A stretch of 64,000 nt of DNA from an uncultured Methanomicrobiales archaeon (GCA_963697895.1 OY969100.1:800001-864000), one strand, 5' to 3'; positions 51,885 to 62,562 are shown, counted from the stretch's first letter. Program-made: numbers and translations. Notes: generated by a model from the sequence alone, not told the origin.

Positions 51885-52915
51885 CAGGACCCCTCCCTCA
51901 GGAGTTCGGAGACGATCTGTTCCGGCACGAACGGTACAATATCCTCGTATCCCTGTCCGGTGCCGAGGAACATGATTGGTTTTCCGATGGTGTGGGCAAT
52001 GGAGATCGCTGCCCCGCCCCGGGCATCCATATCCGCTTTGGTAAGGATCACCGCATCCGCACCGACGGCCTTTTCAAATTCATGAGCCCGGATAATCGCA
52101 TCATTTCCGGCAACGGCTTCGTCCACATATACGATAAGATCCGGTTTCATCACCCGGCGAATCTTTTCCAGCTGGCTCATCAGGTTTGCGCGGTTATGGA
52201 ACCTCCCGGCCGTGTCGGCAAGCACCGCATCGATTCGATGGGCCTCTGCATATTGCACGGTATCAAAGAGAACCGCCGACGGATCCGCTCCCTGCTGGTG
52301 CTGGATGATCTTAATCCCGACCCGCTGCGCATGGACATCGATCTGTTCCAGCGCTCCGGCGCGGAAAGTGTCACCGGCCCCGATGACGACCGAGAAACCA
52401 TTTTTCTTGAGAAAGTATCCGACTTTTGCGACGGTCGTCGTCTTTCCGGTTCCATTCACGCCGGTAAAAAGGATCCTGACCGGGTGCTCATGATCCCGGA
52501 GATATTTAAGCAGATCAAATCCCTTGCCGAGCACATCGAGGAGCGCCCCGCGAAGCGCCTCGATGACGACACTATCGATCTTTTCCCCGATCTTGCGCCG
52601 ACTCCCGAGGAGGGTGGACCGGACATGCGCGATGATCGCTTCCGCAACGGGAAGGGCGACATCGTTCTCCAGCAGCACGATTTCAAGGTCAGCGAGCGCA
52701 TCACTGATATCTTTCTCGCCGATAACGAGTTCGCGTTCGGTGATGAGTACTTTTACGCGGCTGGCAAGGCCTGCCTGATTCCGCTCACTCGATAGTGCCT
52801 CTCCGCCTCCCGATGAAACGGTTCCGGACCTCTCCGGCGGTGCCGATGCTACTGCAATATCCTCTTCCAGCTTTTTGGATACTCCCTGCAACCGTTTGCG
52901 AAGCCCTTCAAACAT
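51884..52915 (-). CDS. ftsY: SRP receptor FtsY
   Basis: [34 protein letters not shown]. Confidence 0.95.
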   Translation of the reverse strand: MFEGLRKRLQGVSKKLEEDIAVASAPPERSGTVSSGGGEALSSERNQAGLASRVKVLITERELVIGEKDISDALADLEIVLLENDVALPVAEAIIAHVRSTLLGSRRKIGEKIDSVVIEALRGALLDVLGKGFDLLKYLRDHEHPVRILFTGVNGTGKTTTVAKVGYFLKKNGFSVVIGAGDTFRAGALEQIDVHAQRVGIKIIQHQQGADPSAVLFDTVQYAEAHRIDAVLADTAGRFHNRANLMSQLEKIRRVMKPDLIVYVDEAVAGNDAIIRAHEFEKAVGADAVILTKADMDARGGAAISIAHTIGKPIMFLGTGQGYEDIVPFVPEQIVSELLREGS

Positions 52916-52933
52916 AACCTAATTCAAGCCCTT

Positions 52934-53389
52934 CTATTCCGTTCTCATCTGTTCCGTCTGGGCACTCATCTGTGCCTGCTGGTACCCGATCTCAATCCTT
53001 CGTGCAATCTCGTTCATTTGCGAGCGGATCCGATCGAGGGTTTCGGCCACCCGTTTTCCTGAAGCCTCCATCTCGGTGATCCGATCACGGAGATACTCGA
53101 TCGCTTCAGTATTTGACCGCTCCACGATCACATCTGCCCCGATATTTACCAGCACGCGGTCCGGTTCGATGACGTTGGCCCGGACACTTGCCCCGCCACC
53201 GATCTGGAGGAGGACGGGCATATGTTCCCCTGCACTGAGTTCTTTCAGCGTTTCTATCGCTGCAGTCGCCTCCATTCGTCCGTCGTCAATCAGCTGGAGC
53301 TGTCGGGTAAATACCTCTGCCTGCTGGCTGTATTCGTTCAGATACTGCTGAAGAGACTGAAGCTCCCGGGCATCGACCTGTTCCGCCAT
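52934..53389 (-). CDS. pfdA: Prefoldin alpha subunit
   Basis: Coiled coils flanking LLQIGGG...VLVNIGADV; synteny. Confidence 0.9.
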   Translation of the reverse strand: MAEQVDARELQSLQQYLNEYSQQAEVFTRQLQLIDDGRMEATAAIETLKELSAGEHMPVLLQIGGGASVRANVIEPDRVLVNIGADVIVERSNTEAIEYLRDRITEMEASGKRVAETLDRIRSQMNEIARRIEIGYQQAQMSAQTEQMRTE

Positions 53390-53391
53390 GG

Positions 53392-53580
53392 TTACCGTTC
53401 GCGTGCCACTACTGAGTTCACCGTGATGTACCGTCTTTTCAGGCGATGCTTGCTTCCTATTACGGTGAATGTTCTTTCTTTTGCCTGTTCCTCATTCGGG
53501 GCCTCAATGATCTTGGCGTAGGGCCGCCATTCATCACTTATTTTAAAGGTCCCTTTTACTTCAAATATTTGGTTCTTCAT
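53392..53580 (-). CDS. rpl18a: 50S ribosomal protein L18Ae/LX
   Basis: [14 protein letters not shown]. Confidence 0.9.
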   Translation of the reverse strand: MKNQIFEVKGTFKISDEWRPYAKIIEAPNEEQAKERTFTVIGSKHRLKRRYITVNSVVARER

Positions 53581-54245
53581 GATCGTTCCAGAAATCCGAA
53601 TACGTCCTCTACGCGACCGAGTTCAAACCCGCTCGTCTGTACTCCGGCTGCGTACCCGCGGCTATTTGCCACGAGCCCGGCCCCGACAAGGCCACTTCCC
53701 AGGTTGATCGACCCAACACCGACCGGAAGACCGCTTATCTCTTCGATGCGGGCGAGTTCGGTCCGTGTCGTTCGTGGGTGGACCAGGATCCCGCGATTAG
53801 TTGCGACCCCCGCCATACCGACTGTTTTAATCCCGGCAAATGTCATTGAATGCACGTCGACACGGAGGTAGGATTTGATCTCATCTCTGATATACGAGGG
53901 CATCTCCGGGTGAACCGCGGCAAAATTGTCATTTGCGAGGATTACGTTCCCCGCCGCATTCATGGTGTCCGCGAGCAGCATCACCTCGCGGTACTCCTTC
54001 AGCCGCGCGACCTCCTCATCACTCGCCAGTCCGCTGACCACCAGGGCATGACTGTTGCCTGCAAGGAGGGATCCGATGATGTGGCTTCCCTGAATCGGAG
54101 TAACGAGGATCTCCACGCCAAGCAACTCCTTCAGTCGTTCACCGAATTCAGGGGTTGACGACGGGGGGATAACCGCGATGTCCTCGAATATACGGGAAAA
54201 GACCCCGATATTCGGGTCTCCTCCAAAAGAGATCGTCCTTTCCAT
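53577..54245 (-). CDS. eif6: Translation initiation factor 6 (aIF6)
   Basis: [39 protein letters not shown]. Confidence 0.94.
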   Translation of the reverse strand: MERTISFGGDPNIGVFSRIFEDIAVIPPSSTPEFGERLKELLGVEILVTPIQGSHIIGSLLAGNSHALVVSGLASDEEVARLKEYREVMLLADTMNAAGNVILANDNFAAVHPEMPSYIRDEIKSYLRVDVHSMTFAGIKTVGMAGVATNRGILVHPRTTRTELARIEEISGLPVGVGSINLGSGLVGAGLVANSRGYAAGVQTSGFELGRVEDVFGFLERS

Positions 54246-54247
54246 CT

Positions 54248-54511
54248 TTATTCCTCGGCGAGTTCCGCCTGGACCTGACCATCCTCGAGTTTCATCGCGC
54301 GAATGCGAATCCGGGACGGCGGTTTCTGACTCCCCCTCTCCCAGACCCGTTCATTAATACTCCGATCGAGTTTTACTTCATCACTCTTCATGTGCTTCTC
54401 GAGGTACCGTCTGATGTCCTTGATGGCGGTATTGGCCCGTTTCCATCGGGGGGTCCGCTTGACGTCCCGGAGGGGAATGACGTAGATATGCTCCTGCAAC
54501 TTCTCAACCAT
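54248..54511 (-). CDS. rpl31e: 50S ribosomal protein L31e
   Basis: [23 protein letters not shown]. Confidence 0.95.
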   Translation of the reverse strand: MVEKLQEHIYVIPLRDVKRTPRWKRANTAIKDIRRYLEKHMKSDEVKLDRSINERVWERGSQKPPSRIRIRAMKLEDGQVQAELAEE

Positions 54512-54514
54512 TGC

Positions 54515-54667
54515 TCACACCTTCAGGGTGCTTCGCCGCCAGTTCCGGCGCTTGGGGTGCGACACCACATGACGTTTCGTCCGAACCATCACCCACGAGG
54601 GTACTCTGCGGTTCTGCCCGCATGCCTTTGATAACCGGATTTTTCTCCCTTTCGATAATCTGCTCAT
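54515..54667 (-). CDS. rpl39e: 50S ribosomal protein L39e; absent from the ORF track
   Basis: [50 protein letters not shown]. Confidence 0.95.
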   Translation of the reverse strand: MSRLSKGRKIRLSKACGQNRRVPSWVMVRTKRHVVSHPKRRNWRRSTLKV

Positions 54668-54687
54668 ATTCATTCACCATCATCATT

Positions 54688-55275
54688 CTAATGTAATCTT
54701 TCGACAACAAGCGATTGTTCGTGATGTTCCGGAAAATATCGTGAAAGATCCAGTCCTTTCGATCGCATCGCCGACCGGATCCCGCACTCATAATCTCCAT
54801 TATCGATGATCCCCGTTTCGCCGCAGCGGAACGTGAGATAGCGCCCGGCTAGCCGCTCGATCTCGGCTTTCCCAAATCCAAGGAGCGGTCTGATATACGA
54901 ACAGCCGTACGAATCAAAAAAACGCTGCACGTCATTACGGGAGAGCATCGGTACCCGGTCGTTCAAACGGGTCCCATCCGATATCACCGAATATTCGCCG
55001 CAGAGCGTCTGCAACGCATGCCGGTGTAGTTCTGTTATTGCCGTGTTGGGATAACCGCATTTGATGACCATATTAACCACTTCCTCCAGAATTCCCTCTT
55101 CGAATACCCGGATCTTCCAAGGGAACCCGAGTGTTTCTGCCGCTGCTTTAACACCGGTCAGGGTGCTGGAACGGTCGAAGACGAAGGTATTCAGTTCGAT
55201 ATCATAGTCGCGGGAGAGCATAATCGCCGCGAGCGAACTGTCCTTTCCCCCGCTGAACAGCACTCCTGTCTTCAT
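54688..55275 (-). CDS. PP-loop (adenine nucleotide alpha-hydrolase) protein
   Basis: LFSGGKDSSLAA, DGTRLNDR, RPLLGF, DYE. Confidence 0.82.
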   Translation of the reverse strand: MKTGVLFSGGKDSSLAAIMLSRDYDIELNTFVFDRSSTLTGVKAAAETLGFPWKIRVFEEGILEEVVNMVIKCGYPNTAITELHRHALQTLCGEYSVISDGTRLNDRVPMLSRNDVQRFFDSYGCSYIRPLLGFGKAEIERLAGRYLTFRCGETGIIDNGDYECGIRSAMRSKGLDLSRYFPEHHEQSLVVERLH

Positions 55276-55613
55276 CCCTTCCGCGTGATCGTATAATCCC
55301 TTTTCGCGGGGATGAGCTGTTTCAACAGTTCTTTCAGCTGAGCGTCCGTAATCTTCTGTTTAAGTCGACCGGACTGCGCGAGGAGAACCAGCTGCTGTTC
55401 GACCGCACGGGCAAAATCGGGGCGGGTCAGTTTGATCGTATTCAGACGCTCCCTTGCATCCGGCTCGAGAATCTGCTTCAGGATCAACTGGATTTGCGCA
55501 TCAGCCTGCCTTTGACGTTCCATCTCCTCCTGGGTAACCTGCTGGTCGATGGACTGCTGCTGTAACTGTGCCATACGTTTCCGGCGTAATTCAGCCAGCT
55601 CATCATCTCCCAT
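55272..55613 (-). CDS. PDCD5-like DNA-binding protein
   Basis: DELAELRRKRMAQLQ, ILEPDARERL, VEQQLV.LAQSG. Confidence 0.92.
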   Translation of the reverse strand: MGDDELAELRRKRMAQLQQQSIDQQVTQEEMERQRQADAQIQLILKQILEPDARERLNTIKLTRPDFARAVEQQLVLLAQSGRLKQKITDAQLKELLKQLIPAKRDYTITRKG

Positions 55614-55623
55614 CAAATCAACC

Positions 55624-56073
55624 TCAGTACTTTGCAAGTTCCGGTGCTTCCTCAGCCAGACCCTGCCTCAGGGAATATGCGATGCCATCGATGAACGAAG
55701 CCCCGGCAGGAGATATCCGTCTTCCGGTCCGGTCATGAAGAACAAAACCTGCAGATTCCAGTTGCTGGAGTGACTTCCGGAGAATGGAGCCGCTCCCTTT
55801 CCTGAACTGGCTCGGTTTGGACCCGCGATCTTTCTTTCCCCCGTAAAAACTTCTCATACGTTCTACCCCGATCGGTCCGTCCACGTAGACCCTCCTCAAT
55901 ACCGCTGCCACCCGGACAAACCACCAGTCAGGGTCCTCAGGCGGCATCTCCTTGTGAACCCCGGTCTTGGCAAATGCAGCCCAGTCCGGCGGTGTAAATT
56001 CGGGGCGCTTTTTCAGCTCCTCCGCCACCTTCCGGATAAGCATGCCAGCCGGAACATCATATGCCGTTGTCAT
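55624..56073 (-). CDS. rps19e: 30S ribosomal protein S19e
   Basis: PDWAAFAKTG.HKE.PP..PDWW, KGSGSILRK.LQQLE. Confidence 0.96.
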   Translation of the reverse strand: MTTAYDVPAGMLIRKVAEELKKRPEFTPPDWAAFAKTGVHKEMPPEDPDWWFVRVAAVLRRVYVDGPIGVERMRSFYGGKKDRGSKPSQFRKGSGSILRKSLQQLESAGFVLHDRTGRRISPAGASFIDGIAYSLRQGLAEEAPELAKY

Positions 56074-56182
56074 GTTAAAACCTCACTGTCACCAATCGAT
56101 ATAACAGTCTTAATTTATTTGTTCAATACGCTTTTATATATTTCGAGCAAACGCGCTGGTCTTCTCCGGGATCAGCAGATAG

Positions 56183-56452
56183 TTACCTTTTCCGCCGCTC
56201 TGTCAGAACCATCGTCCGGCCGCGCACACCGATGAGTTCTGCACCGGCACGATCTGCAAGTTCACTTGGGTCGATCTCGGTATTCTGCAGCCATTTTACC
56301 TTGATGATCTTCCGCTTCTCCAGTTGGGCGATCACTTCCCTGATGATCGTCTCCGTGCATCCCTGTTTACCTATCCAGATCGTCGGCCTCAGATCCTGCA
56401 TCGGGTCCGGCGGCCGATCACGCCGGGGAGTGTACTCATTCCTCCTGGTCAT
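56183..56452 (-). CDS. YhbY/CRM-domain RNA-binding protein
   Basis: LRPTIWIGKQG, IIKVKWL, VRGRT. Confidence 0.85.
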   Translation of the reverse strand: MTRRNEYTPRRDRPPDPMQDLRPTIWIGKQGCTETIIREVIAQLEKRKIIKVKWLQNTEIDPSELADRAGAELIGVRGRTMVLTERRKR

Positions 56453-56763
56453 CCCTTCCCCCTGATAGGGTACCGCGTTCGTGAGCTGCAGTATTTGCAG
56501 GTGACCACCACGCGCCCCCGGTGAACCCTCACTCGGACATTTACCCCGGGAACCATGAACCGGTAGCACTGGTGGCAGAATCGCCTCCGGTGGTCCCGCT
56601 CCATCCGGATCCTCTGGCGCATAGCAATTCGCCTGGCCAGCGCCACATATCGGTGGGCCTGTTCGGGTTTCTCTGGAAATACCGCTTCTGCTTCTCTGAA
56701 GAGTATGTCGATTCGTTCCCGCGCCAATTTTTTCGCACCCGGATTGAGAGACTTTTGTGCCAT
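56449..56763 (-). CDS. rnp4: Ribonuclease P protein component 4 (Rpp21)
   Basis: ARERI, RYVALARRI, FCHQC...PG, TCKYC...RYP. Confidence 0.92.
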   Translation of the reverse strand: MAQKSLNPGAKKLARERIDILFREAEAVFPEKPEQAHRYVALARRIAMRQRIRMERDHRRRFCHQCYRFMVPGVNVRVRVHRGRVVVTCKYCSSRTRYPIRGKG

Positions 56764-57071
56764 CGGACGACCTGTTACTCTGGAAGTATACGGAATGTGA
56801 TATGAGGTAATATAAAATGTCTGTTCATCCCGCTTTTATGAATTTTTTTCCCGCTTTATCGTGCAGAAATTTGGTTGGTTTTTCCTGTCATCAGAAGGGA
56901 GGATTTTTCAGTATGAATCCACAAAACCCGTTTTGGGGAGGTGCGAGAAGACGAAACAGGAATCATTTGGAGGCCCAGGTATTATCGGATCTCCGGGATT
57001 TCCGATCTCTGATACACCCTATCTACCCGCAGAAAGGGTTGGTTACACACGGAAGTATCGCCGATGGGGCA

Positions 57072-57674
57072 TTAAAGAACTCTCACTCTTCGCCCTTCGA
57101 TGATCAGCCTCTCCTCGCAGAATAACTGGATCGCACGGGCGAGAATCTCGTGTTCCCGTTCCAGAATCCGCTCGGCAAGCGAGTCCTCATCATCATCGTC
57201 GAATACCGGGACACACGCCTGAATAATGATCGGACCGGTGTCCATCCCTTCATCCACGAAGTGTACCGTGCAGCCCGAGGTCTTTACCCCGTAACAGATA
57301 GGCTGACGCTGTGCATGAAGCCCGGGGAAACAAGGGAGGAGCGCAGGATGAATATTTATCATCCTCCTGGGAAACGCCTTCACGATCGCATCTCCCAGGA
57401 TCCGCATGTACCCGGCTAGTACAAACAGATCTGCACCCGTTCCGGTCATCGCATCCAGGAGTCCCTGCTCATAAGCGGCTCTTTCCGGGTAAGCTGCATA
57501 ATCCAGAACTGAGACCGGTATTCCTGCATTTTGAGCACGGGAAATAACAAATGCGGAGGGATTATCGGTTATCAGTCCCACACAGACCCCGCAAATGGTT
57601 CCCCTGGCTATCGCATCAATGATCGCCTGAAAATTGGAACCCCGGCCCGACGCGATTACGGCGATACGTTTCAT
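57072..57674 (-). CDS. purN: Phosphoribosylglycinamide formyltransferase
   Basis: IASGRGSNFQA, LAGYMRIL, INIHPALLP.FPG, GCTVHFV..GMDTGPII, EH. Confidence 0.94.
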   Translation of the reverse strand: MKRIAVIASGRGSNFQAIIDAIARGTICGVCVGLITDNPSAFVISRAQNAGIPVSVLDYAAYPERAAYEQGLLDAMTGTGADLFVLAGYMRILGDAIVKAFPRRMINIHPALLPCFPGLHAQRQPICYGVKTSGCTVHFVDEGMDTGPIIIQACVPVFDDDDEDSLAERILEREHEILARAIQLFCEERLIIEGRRVRVL

Positions 57675-57687
57675 TCGTTCACCCGTT

Positions 57688-58962
57688 TCAGCCGGTTTCC
57701 TGTTCCGCACCATCTTTCACGCTATGAAGGATAAGTTTCACCTTTACCACCCGACGCCCGAGCATCTGTGTCACGACCAGGCTGACATGGCTCTCATGGA
57801 CGAACACGCTCTCCCCGGGGTGGGGAATATGTCCCAGTCGCTCGATCAACAAACCCCCGATCGTTTCGTAGGATTCATGGACAGGGAGACTGAGATCGAG
57901 CTCATCGTTGAGATCCTCCACCCACATCTGTGCATCGACCAGGAAGACATCATCATGGATCTTCTGGATGTCCGGCTCTTCCCGGTCGAATTCATCCAGG
58001 ATATCCCCGACCAGCTCCTCAAGGATATCCTCGACCGTTACGATCCCGACAAAACTGCTGTACTCATCGAGGACGATCGCCATCTGGACTTTCCTGACCT
58101 GCAGTTCTTTCAGAAGCTCGTCGATTTTTTTCGTCTCCGGCACAAAGAAGGGATCGTACATGACATCCTTGATGGCAGTATCTTTTTTCCCCGAAAAGAG
58201 GACCGCAAAGATGTCCTTTACATTGAGAACACCGATGATGTTATCGAGATGCTCGTGGAAGACAGGTATCCGGGAGAATCCCGTCTCGTGAAACATACGC
58301 ACCGCATCATCAAGGGTTGCGGTATCCTCCATCACGGCCACGTCCACCCGGGGGGTCATAATCTCCCGGGCGGTGGTGTCTCCGAATTCGAGCACACTGT
58401 AAAGCATCTCCCGCTCTTCCTGCTCGATAGTCCCTTCTTCTTTTCCGACCTCAATCCATTCCTTGATCTCCTCTTCGGTCACGGTCGGCTCCGCCAATCC
58501 CCGTGGTGTCATGACCCGGTGGCTCACCCGATCGATCCCCAGGATTACCGGGGAAAGAATACGGGAGAGGAAGAGGATTACCGGTGCGGAACTGAGGGCG
58601 ATCGACTCGGTATGCCGGTTGGCATAAATCTTCGGGCCAATCTCCCCGAATACCAGGAACAGGATCACGACGACCACTGTCGCAATACCTACGCCGATAT
58701 CCCCGAATATATTGATTGCAAGCGCCGTCGCGATAGCGGTAGCGGCTATGTTGGCTATGGTATTCCCGATCAGGATGGTGACTATAAACCTGTTCGGAGA
58801 TTCTTTCAGTGTGGCGAGTGCCTGCGAACCCCTCATTCCGTCATTGATGAGAATCCTGACTTTGGCACGGGAAATGGATATCAGGGCGACTTCGGCACTG
58901 GAAAAAAATGCAGACAGCAGCAGGAAGATGATGAAGAGGAAGACCTGCAGATAGTCGATCAT
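57688..58962 (-). CDS. CNNM/DUF21-CBS-CorC (hemolysin-family) membrane protein
   Basis: SAFFSSAE, ILIGN, FGEIGPK, IMTPR, FSRIPV, GIVTVEDILEELVGDI.DE. Confidence 0.9.
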   Translation of the reverse strand: MIDYLQVFLFIIFLLLSAFFSSAEVALISISRAKVRILINDGMRGSQALATLKESPNRFIVTILIGNTIANIAATAIATALAINIFGDIGVGIATVVVVILFLVFGEIGPKIYANRHTESIALSSAPVILFLSRILSPVILGIDRVSHRVMTPRGLAEPTVTEEEIKEWIEVGKEEGTIEQEEREMLYSVLEFGDTTAREIMTPRVDVAVMEDTATLDDAVRMFHETGFSRIPVFHEHLDNIIGVLNVKDIFAVLFSGKKDTAIKDVMYDPFFVPETKKIDELLKELQVRKVQMAIVLDEYSSFVGIVTVEDILEELVGDILDEFDREEPDIQKIHDDVFLVDAQMWVEDLNDELDLSLPVHESYETIGGLLIERLGHIPHPGESVFVHESHVSLVVTQMLGRRVVKVKLILHSVKDGAEQETG

Positions 58963-59053
58963 CGGTTCAACGCCACTCCACGGCACGGTCGGTAGTATAC
59001 TCCATAGCGGTGAGACAATACAATATTGCAATCAGATTTTATAAAACCAGCGA

Positions 59054-59875
59054 TTATCCGAGGTATTCTCTCATGAACTCCAGTTCACGGGACAGGAGGA
59101 GGATCTTCTCCTCCGAGCAGAGGTCATGGGGAAAATTGCGATCTTCTATCTCCAGCGTGAGGGTTTCATCAAACCCGTAGTCTGAAAGAAGCCCAAGAAT
59201 CCGTGCCCCTTCCGGCGTTCGGTTCAGGGGAAGATGCATCTTCCCATCCGAAGCGCGGGATACATGTACATTGGCGAGGCGATCCTGGCAGAGATCGAGG
59301 TACCGGGACACCTCATCTAGAGAGAGAGCCATCGCGTGGGAGATATCGAGCGTGAACGCAAGCCATTGCTCACGATCGAGCAGTTCCCGCATTGCATCCG
59401 GAGTGCAGAGGAGAGAATTAACCTTATTCTCCATGTTTTCCATTGCAATTTTGACTTTTTTTCCGGAGGCAACCGACCTGACCCTCGCGATATATCGTTC
59501 AAACCGTTCATAGTCCGCCCCGCTTGGGGGTCTCTTTGCCGTCCTCCGGCCCGGGTGGAGGGTGATCACCCCCGCACCGATCTGCTCTGCCATCCCAATC
59601 GCAGAAACGGCATACCATACAGAGGCTTCGGCGACCTTGGGATTGATGGAACAGGGGTTCAGATCGAGGATAGGTGCATGAAAATTGACCTTGGACAGGT
59701 CGGGGTGATTCGTTATACAGTCGGCCAGTTCATTGACTGGCGTGTCCCGGAGCCAGAAATGGGGGGTCTCCTCCCAGAATTCGATTGCATCGAGACCGGA
59801 CTCGCTGACAAAATCAAAGACCTCTTCAACGGGATATTCATGAAAGAACATGCTCGAGACCGCAAAATGCACCAT
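59054..59875 (-). CDS. Xylose-isomerase-like TIM-barrel (AP endonuclease 2 family) protein
   Basis: AIE, FHAP..DLN, TLHPG, MENM, TLDISH, NVH, HLP, TLE metal-ligand pattern. Confidence 0.82.
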   Translation of the reverse strand: MVHFAVSSMFFHEYPVEEVFDFVSESGLDAIEFWEETPHFWLRDTPVNELADCITNHPDLSKVNFHAPILDLNPCSINPKVAEASVWYAVSAIGMAEQIGAGVITLHPGRRTAKRPPSGADYERFERYIARVRSVASGKKVKIAMENMENKVNSLLCTPDAMRELLDREQWLAFTLDISHAMALSLDEVSRYLDLCQDRLANVHVSRASDGKMHLPLNRTPEGARILGLLSDYGFDETLTLEIEDRNFPHDLCSEEKILLLSRELEFMREYLG

Positions 59876-59912
59876 GATCGTATTTGATATGGCCTGTCTG
59901 CAATAATAGTTA

Positions 59913-61169
59913 TTGATGAGCTGGCCGGAACGCCCGATAGATGCGGAAATGACCTCACACGGCATCACAATTCTGAGGGTATCGGAAGTGTCCGAAGTAA
60001 TCCGTGAGGCACTCGACGATGCCCGGCTTCAGGAGATCTGGGTCCGGGGTGAGATCACAAACTATAAGCACCATACCCATGGACACCGGTATTTCTCGCT
60101 CTCCGAACAGGGCAGCAGGGGGATTGCAGTAATAAACTGTGTTATGTGGGAATCCTTCGCAAAATCCCTCCGCTTTTCGCCGGAAAATGGGATGGATGTG
60201 ATCGTCTTCGGGTATGTGGGGTTGTATGCGCCGCAGGGCAAATACCAGCTCTATGTGCAGGACATACGCCATGCGGGGGAAGGGGAAAAGCATCTGATGG
60301 TGGAGCGCTGGAAACAGGAACTCACCCGTGAGGGCCTGTTTTCCCCGGATCGGAAGAAACCGCTTCCTCCCTATCCCCAACGAGTGGGGGTGGTCACCTC
60401 AGAGACCGGCGCGGTGTTCCACGACATCGTAAACGTCATCAGCCGTCGTTATCCGGTGGAGATCGTCCTCTCTCCGACGGCAGTACAGGGAGAGACAGCC
60501 TCCACTGAGATCATCCGGGCGATTCAACGGGTCGACGGAAGGGTGGATGTTATAATCATCGGGCGTGGAGGGGGTTCATTTGAAGACCTGTTCCCGTTCA
60601 ATCACCCTGATGTTGTCCGGGCAATCGCAACCTGCAGCCTCCCTGTCGTTTCCGCAATCGGGCATGAGGTCGATGTTACCCTGAGCGATCTCGCGGCCGA
60701 TCTGAGGGCGCCGACACCCTCTGCCGCCGCGGAACTGGTCGTCCCCGACCGGATCCGGCTGATTGAACTCCTTGAAAAGCACCGCCAGCAGATGATAAAA
60801 AGCCTCGTGGCACGGCTCGAACGGGCCTACGAGGAACTGCGCCAGTATCGTGAGCGTCTCCACCCGAAACGGTTTGAGCGAAACATCGCTGATCGGAAGC
60901 AGGAACTAGCCGACATGACTGACCGGCTTGGGAGGTCGGTTGCGACACGGCTTGAACATGAATGCCTCCGAATGAACGGGTTCCGTGCGGAATTGGAAGG
61001 CAGGAACCCGCTCAGGCTCCTCTCCGGGGGATACTGCGTGGCGGAGAAAGATGGACACCTCCTCCGGTCCCTGGCGGGGATCCGTCCAGGAAACCGGATC
61101 AGACTGCGGTTTCTTGATGGGAATGCAGATGTGCAGGTGGAACAGGTGAATTATGGCAAAAAAATATGA
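59913..61169 (+). CDS. xseA: Exodeoxyribonuclease VII large subunit
   Basis: WVRGEITN, GHRYFSL, G.YQL, VVTS.TGA..DI, VQG, RGGGS.EDL..FN, SAIGHEVD, PTPSAAAE. Confidence 0.94.
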   Translation: MMSWPERPIDAEMTSHGITILRVSEVSEVIREALDDARLQEIWVRGEITNYKHHTHGHRYFSLSEQGSRGIAVINCVMWESFAKSLRFSPENGMDVIVFGYVGLYAPQGKYQLYVQDIRHAGEGEKHLMVERWKQELTREGLFSPDRKKPLPPYPQRVGVVTSETGAVFHDIVNVISRRYPVEIVLSPTAVQGETASTEIIRAIQRVDGRVDVIIIGRGGGSFEDLFPFNHPDVVRAIATCSLPVVSAIGHEVDVTLSDLAADLRAPTPSAAAELVVPDRIRLIELLEKHRQQMIKSLVARLERAYEELRQYRERLHPKRFERNIADRKQELADMTDRLGRSVATRLEHECLRMNGFRAELEGRNPLRLLSGGYCVAEKDGHLLRSLAGIRPGNRIRLRFLDGNADVQVEQVNYGKKI

Positions 61170-61335
61170 AGATCTTATGGGTGAATTGAAGGACGTCCTG
61201 ATAAGGATAGAGAGCGGAGAAGCGGGCCTGGATGAGAGTATTCTGCTCTATGAACAGGGTTCACGCCTGATTAAACAATGCGAAGATCTCCTTGCTGAAG
61301 CGGAGCTCAAGATAACCCGGCTTTCTCCGGAATGA
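61153..61335 (+). CDS. xseB: Exodeoxyribonuclease VII small subunit
   Basis: YE.....L..I...IE.G...LDESI.LYEQG..L...C...L..AE.KI; overlaps xseA. Confidence 0.9.
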   Translation: MAKKYEDLMGELKDVLIRIESGEAGLDESILLYEQGSRLIKQCEDLLAEAELKITRLSPE

Positions 61336-61517
61336 CCCCCGTCTCTGATATCATAGATTCCACTGATCGAGGGCAATGCCGGATGAGAAATATCCGAGAT
61401 ACCCGTTAACCGGATCCGAGCGGGGGCCATATTTTTCTCTCCGATATACTTTCCATCTTGCCATCTTCATGAGGATGATCGGTTAGTCTGGCATACTATT
61501 TCGAATAGCCTTCATCC

Positions 61518-61952
61518 TCATTCTTCCTTACCATCGATAGCGGTGAGCTCGATAATCAGATCTGCTCCCCCGCGGAGATATCCGATGAAATCTGCGGGGA
61601 GGTCGCAAGCTGCATGATCAGCCGAAATTCCGATCGTTCTTCCGCAGGTGAAGGTGCTCCGGCGCCAGACCAGGTCTGCCGGGTGGTCGAAAGAGAGTCC
61701 GCCCGAACCATATGAACGCACGACGACGCACAGATCGTTGCACCGGAGCCGGGTGATAAGCTGCGACCCGGGGGAAGAGAGGATCTTCTTCAGGGAAGGC
61801 GAAAGATCTGCTGTACCTTTGTCCGCACCTACCCCTATGATACAGTTTCCTGCCGGAGTCAGTTCCCGGTCTCTGGTGATTGCAAACGTGCTTCGGTGCC
61901 GGCCGCTGACCGCCGGATGTCCATGGCACCGCACCACATCCTCTGCCTGCAT
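61518..61952 (-). CDS. DUF371 protein
   Basis: GHPAV...H.ST..IT....LTPAGNCIIGV.ADK, VWRRS.F...RT...AD.AA.DL. Confidence 0.85.
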   Translation of the reverse strand: MQAEDVVRCHGHPAVSGRHRSTFAITRDRELTPAGNCIIGVGADKGTADLSPSLKKILSSPGSQLITRLRCNDLCVVVRSYGSGGLSFDHPADLVWRRSTFTCGRTIGISADHAACDLPADFIGYLRGGADLIIELTAIDGKEE

Positions 61953-61986
61953 GTTTAAATGGTGTGGGTATCCATTCCTATTAACC

Positions 61987-62562
61987 ATGTATATCGAGGC
62001 GTACTGCCCTGAATGCAAAGAAATAGCAGAACATGAGGTGCTGCACGAATCCCATGATCTGCTTGTCCGCTGCGAGCAGTGCAACCAGGTACATCGTTCC
62101 CCCCGGAGAAATACACCCCCTCAGACCTCCATCAAAACGATTGTAAGCGCTGATCAGGTCTCACGGATCTGTCAGGTCGAGATGGGTGCGGATGAAGATT
62201 GCAGGATCGGTGATCATCTGGTTGCGGAATGTAAAGATGAATGCACTGCAGTGGAGGTGACCGGGATCGAAGCCGGGCCCCGGCGTCTGTCCCACGCGAA
62301 GGCAAGCGAAATATCGGCACTCTGGACACGGGTTATTGAGGCGGTGGTCGTCCGCATCTCGGTCCATGAAGGATGGGAGACAATTCCGCTGATGCTCCAG
62401 TGCCGCGGCGAGGATGTATTCATTGTAGGCGAAACGTACGTGGTCGGGAAGAAAAGGTTTCGAATAACGCATATAAAAATGAGGGATGGCGCGGTGCTCA
62501 GAAAAGAGGGGTGGAAGACCGTGGCACAAAAAATCAAACGAATATACGGGAAGAGTTTATAG
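61987..62562 (+). CDS. HVO_0476-like archaeal zinc-finger protein
   Basis: CPEC...HEVL......VRCEQC..VH; EVTGIE; A..IKRIYG. Confidence 0.8.
   Translation: MYIEAYCPECKEIAEHEVLHESHDLLVRCEQCNQVHRSPRRNTPPQTSIKTIVSADQVSRICQVEMGADEDCRIGDHLVAECKDECTAVEVTGIEAGPRRLSHAKASEISALWTRVIEAVVVRISVHEGWETIPLMLQCRGEDVFIVGETYVVGKKRFRITHIKMRDGAVLRKEGWKTVAQKIKRIYGKSL

Noticed and set aside
54504-54800. 98-aa ORF-track call
   Set aside because: Wrong frame; the real gene is rpl39e at 54515-54667
56817-57125. Plus-strand ORFs upstream of rnp4, or a hidden RNase P/SRP RNA
   Set aside because: AT-rich promoter/terminator region; no RNase P or SRP RNA consensus recognised
57634-58995. 453-aa plus-strand ORF
   Set aside because: Antisense shadow of the CBS/DUF21 gene; no motifs of its own
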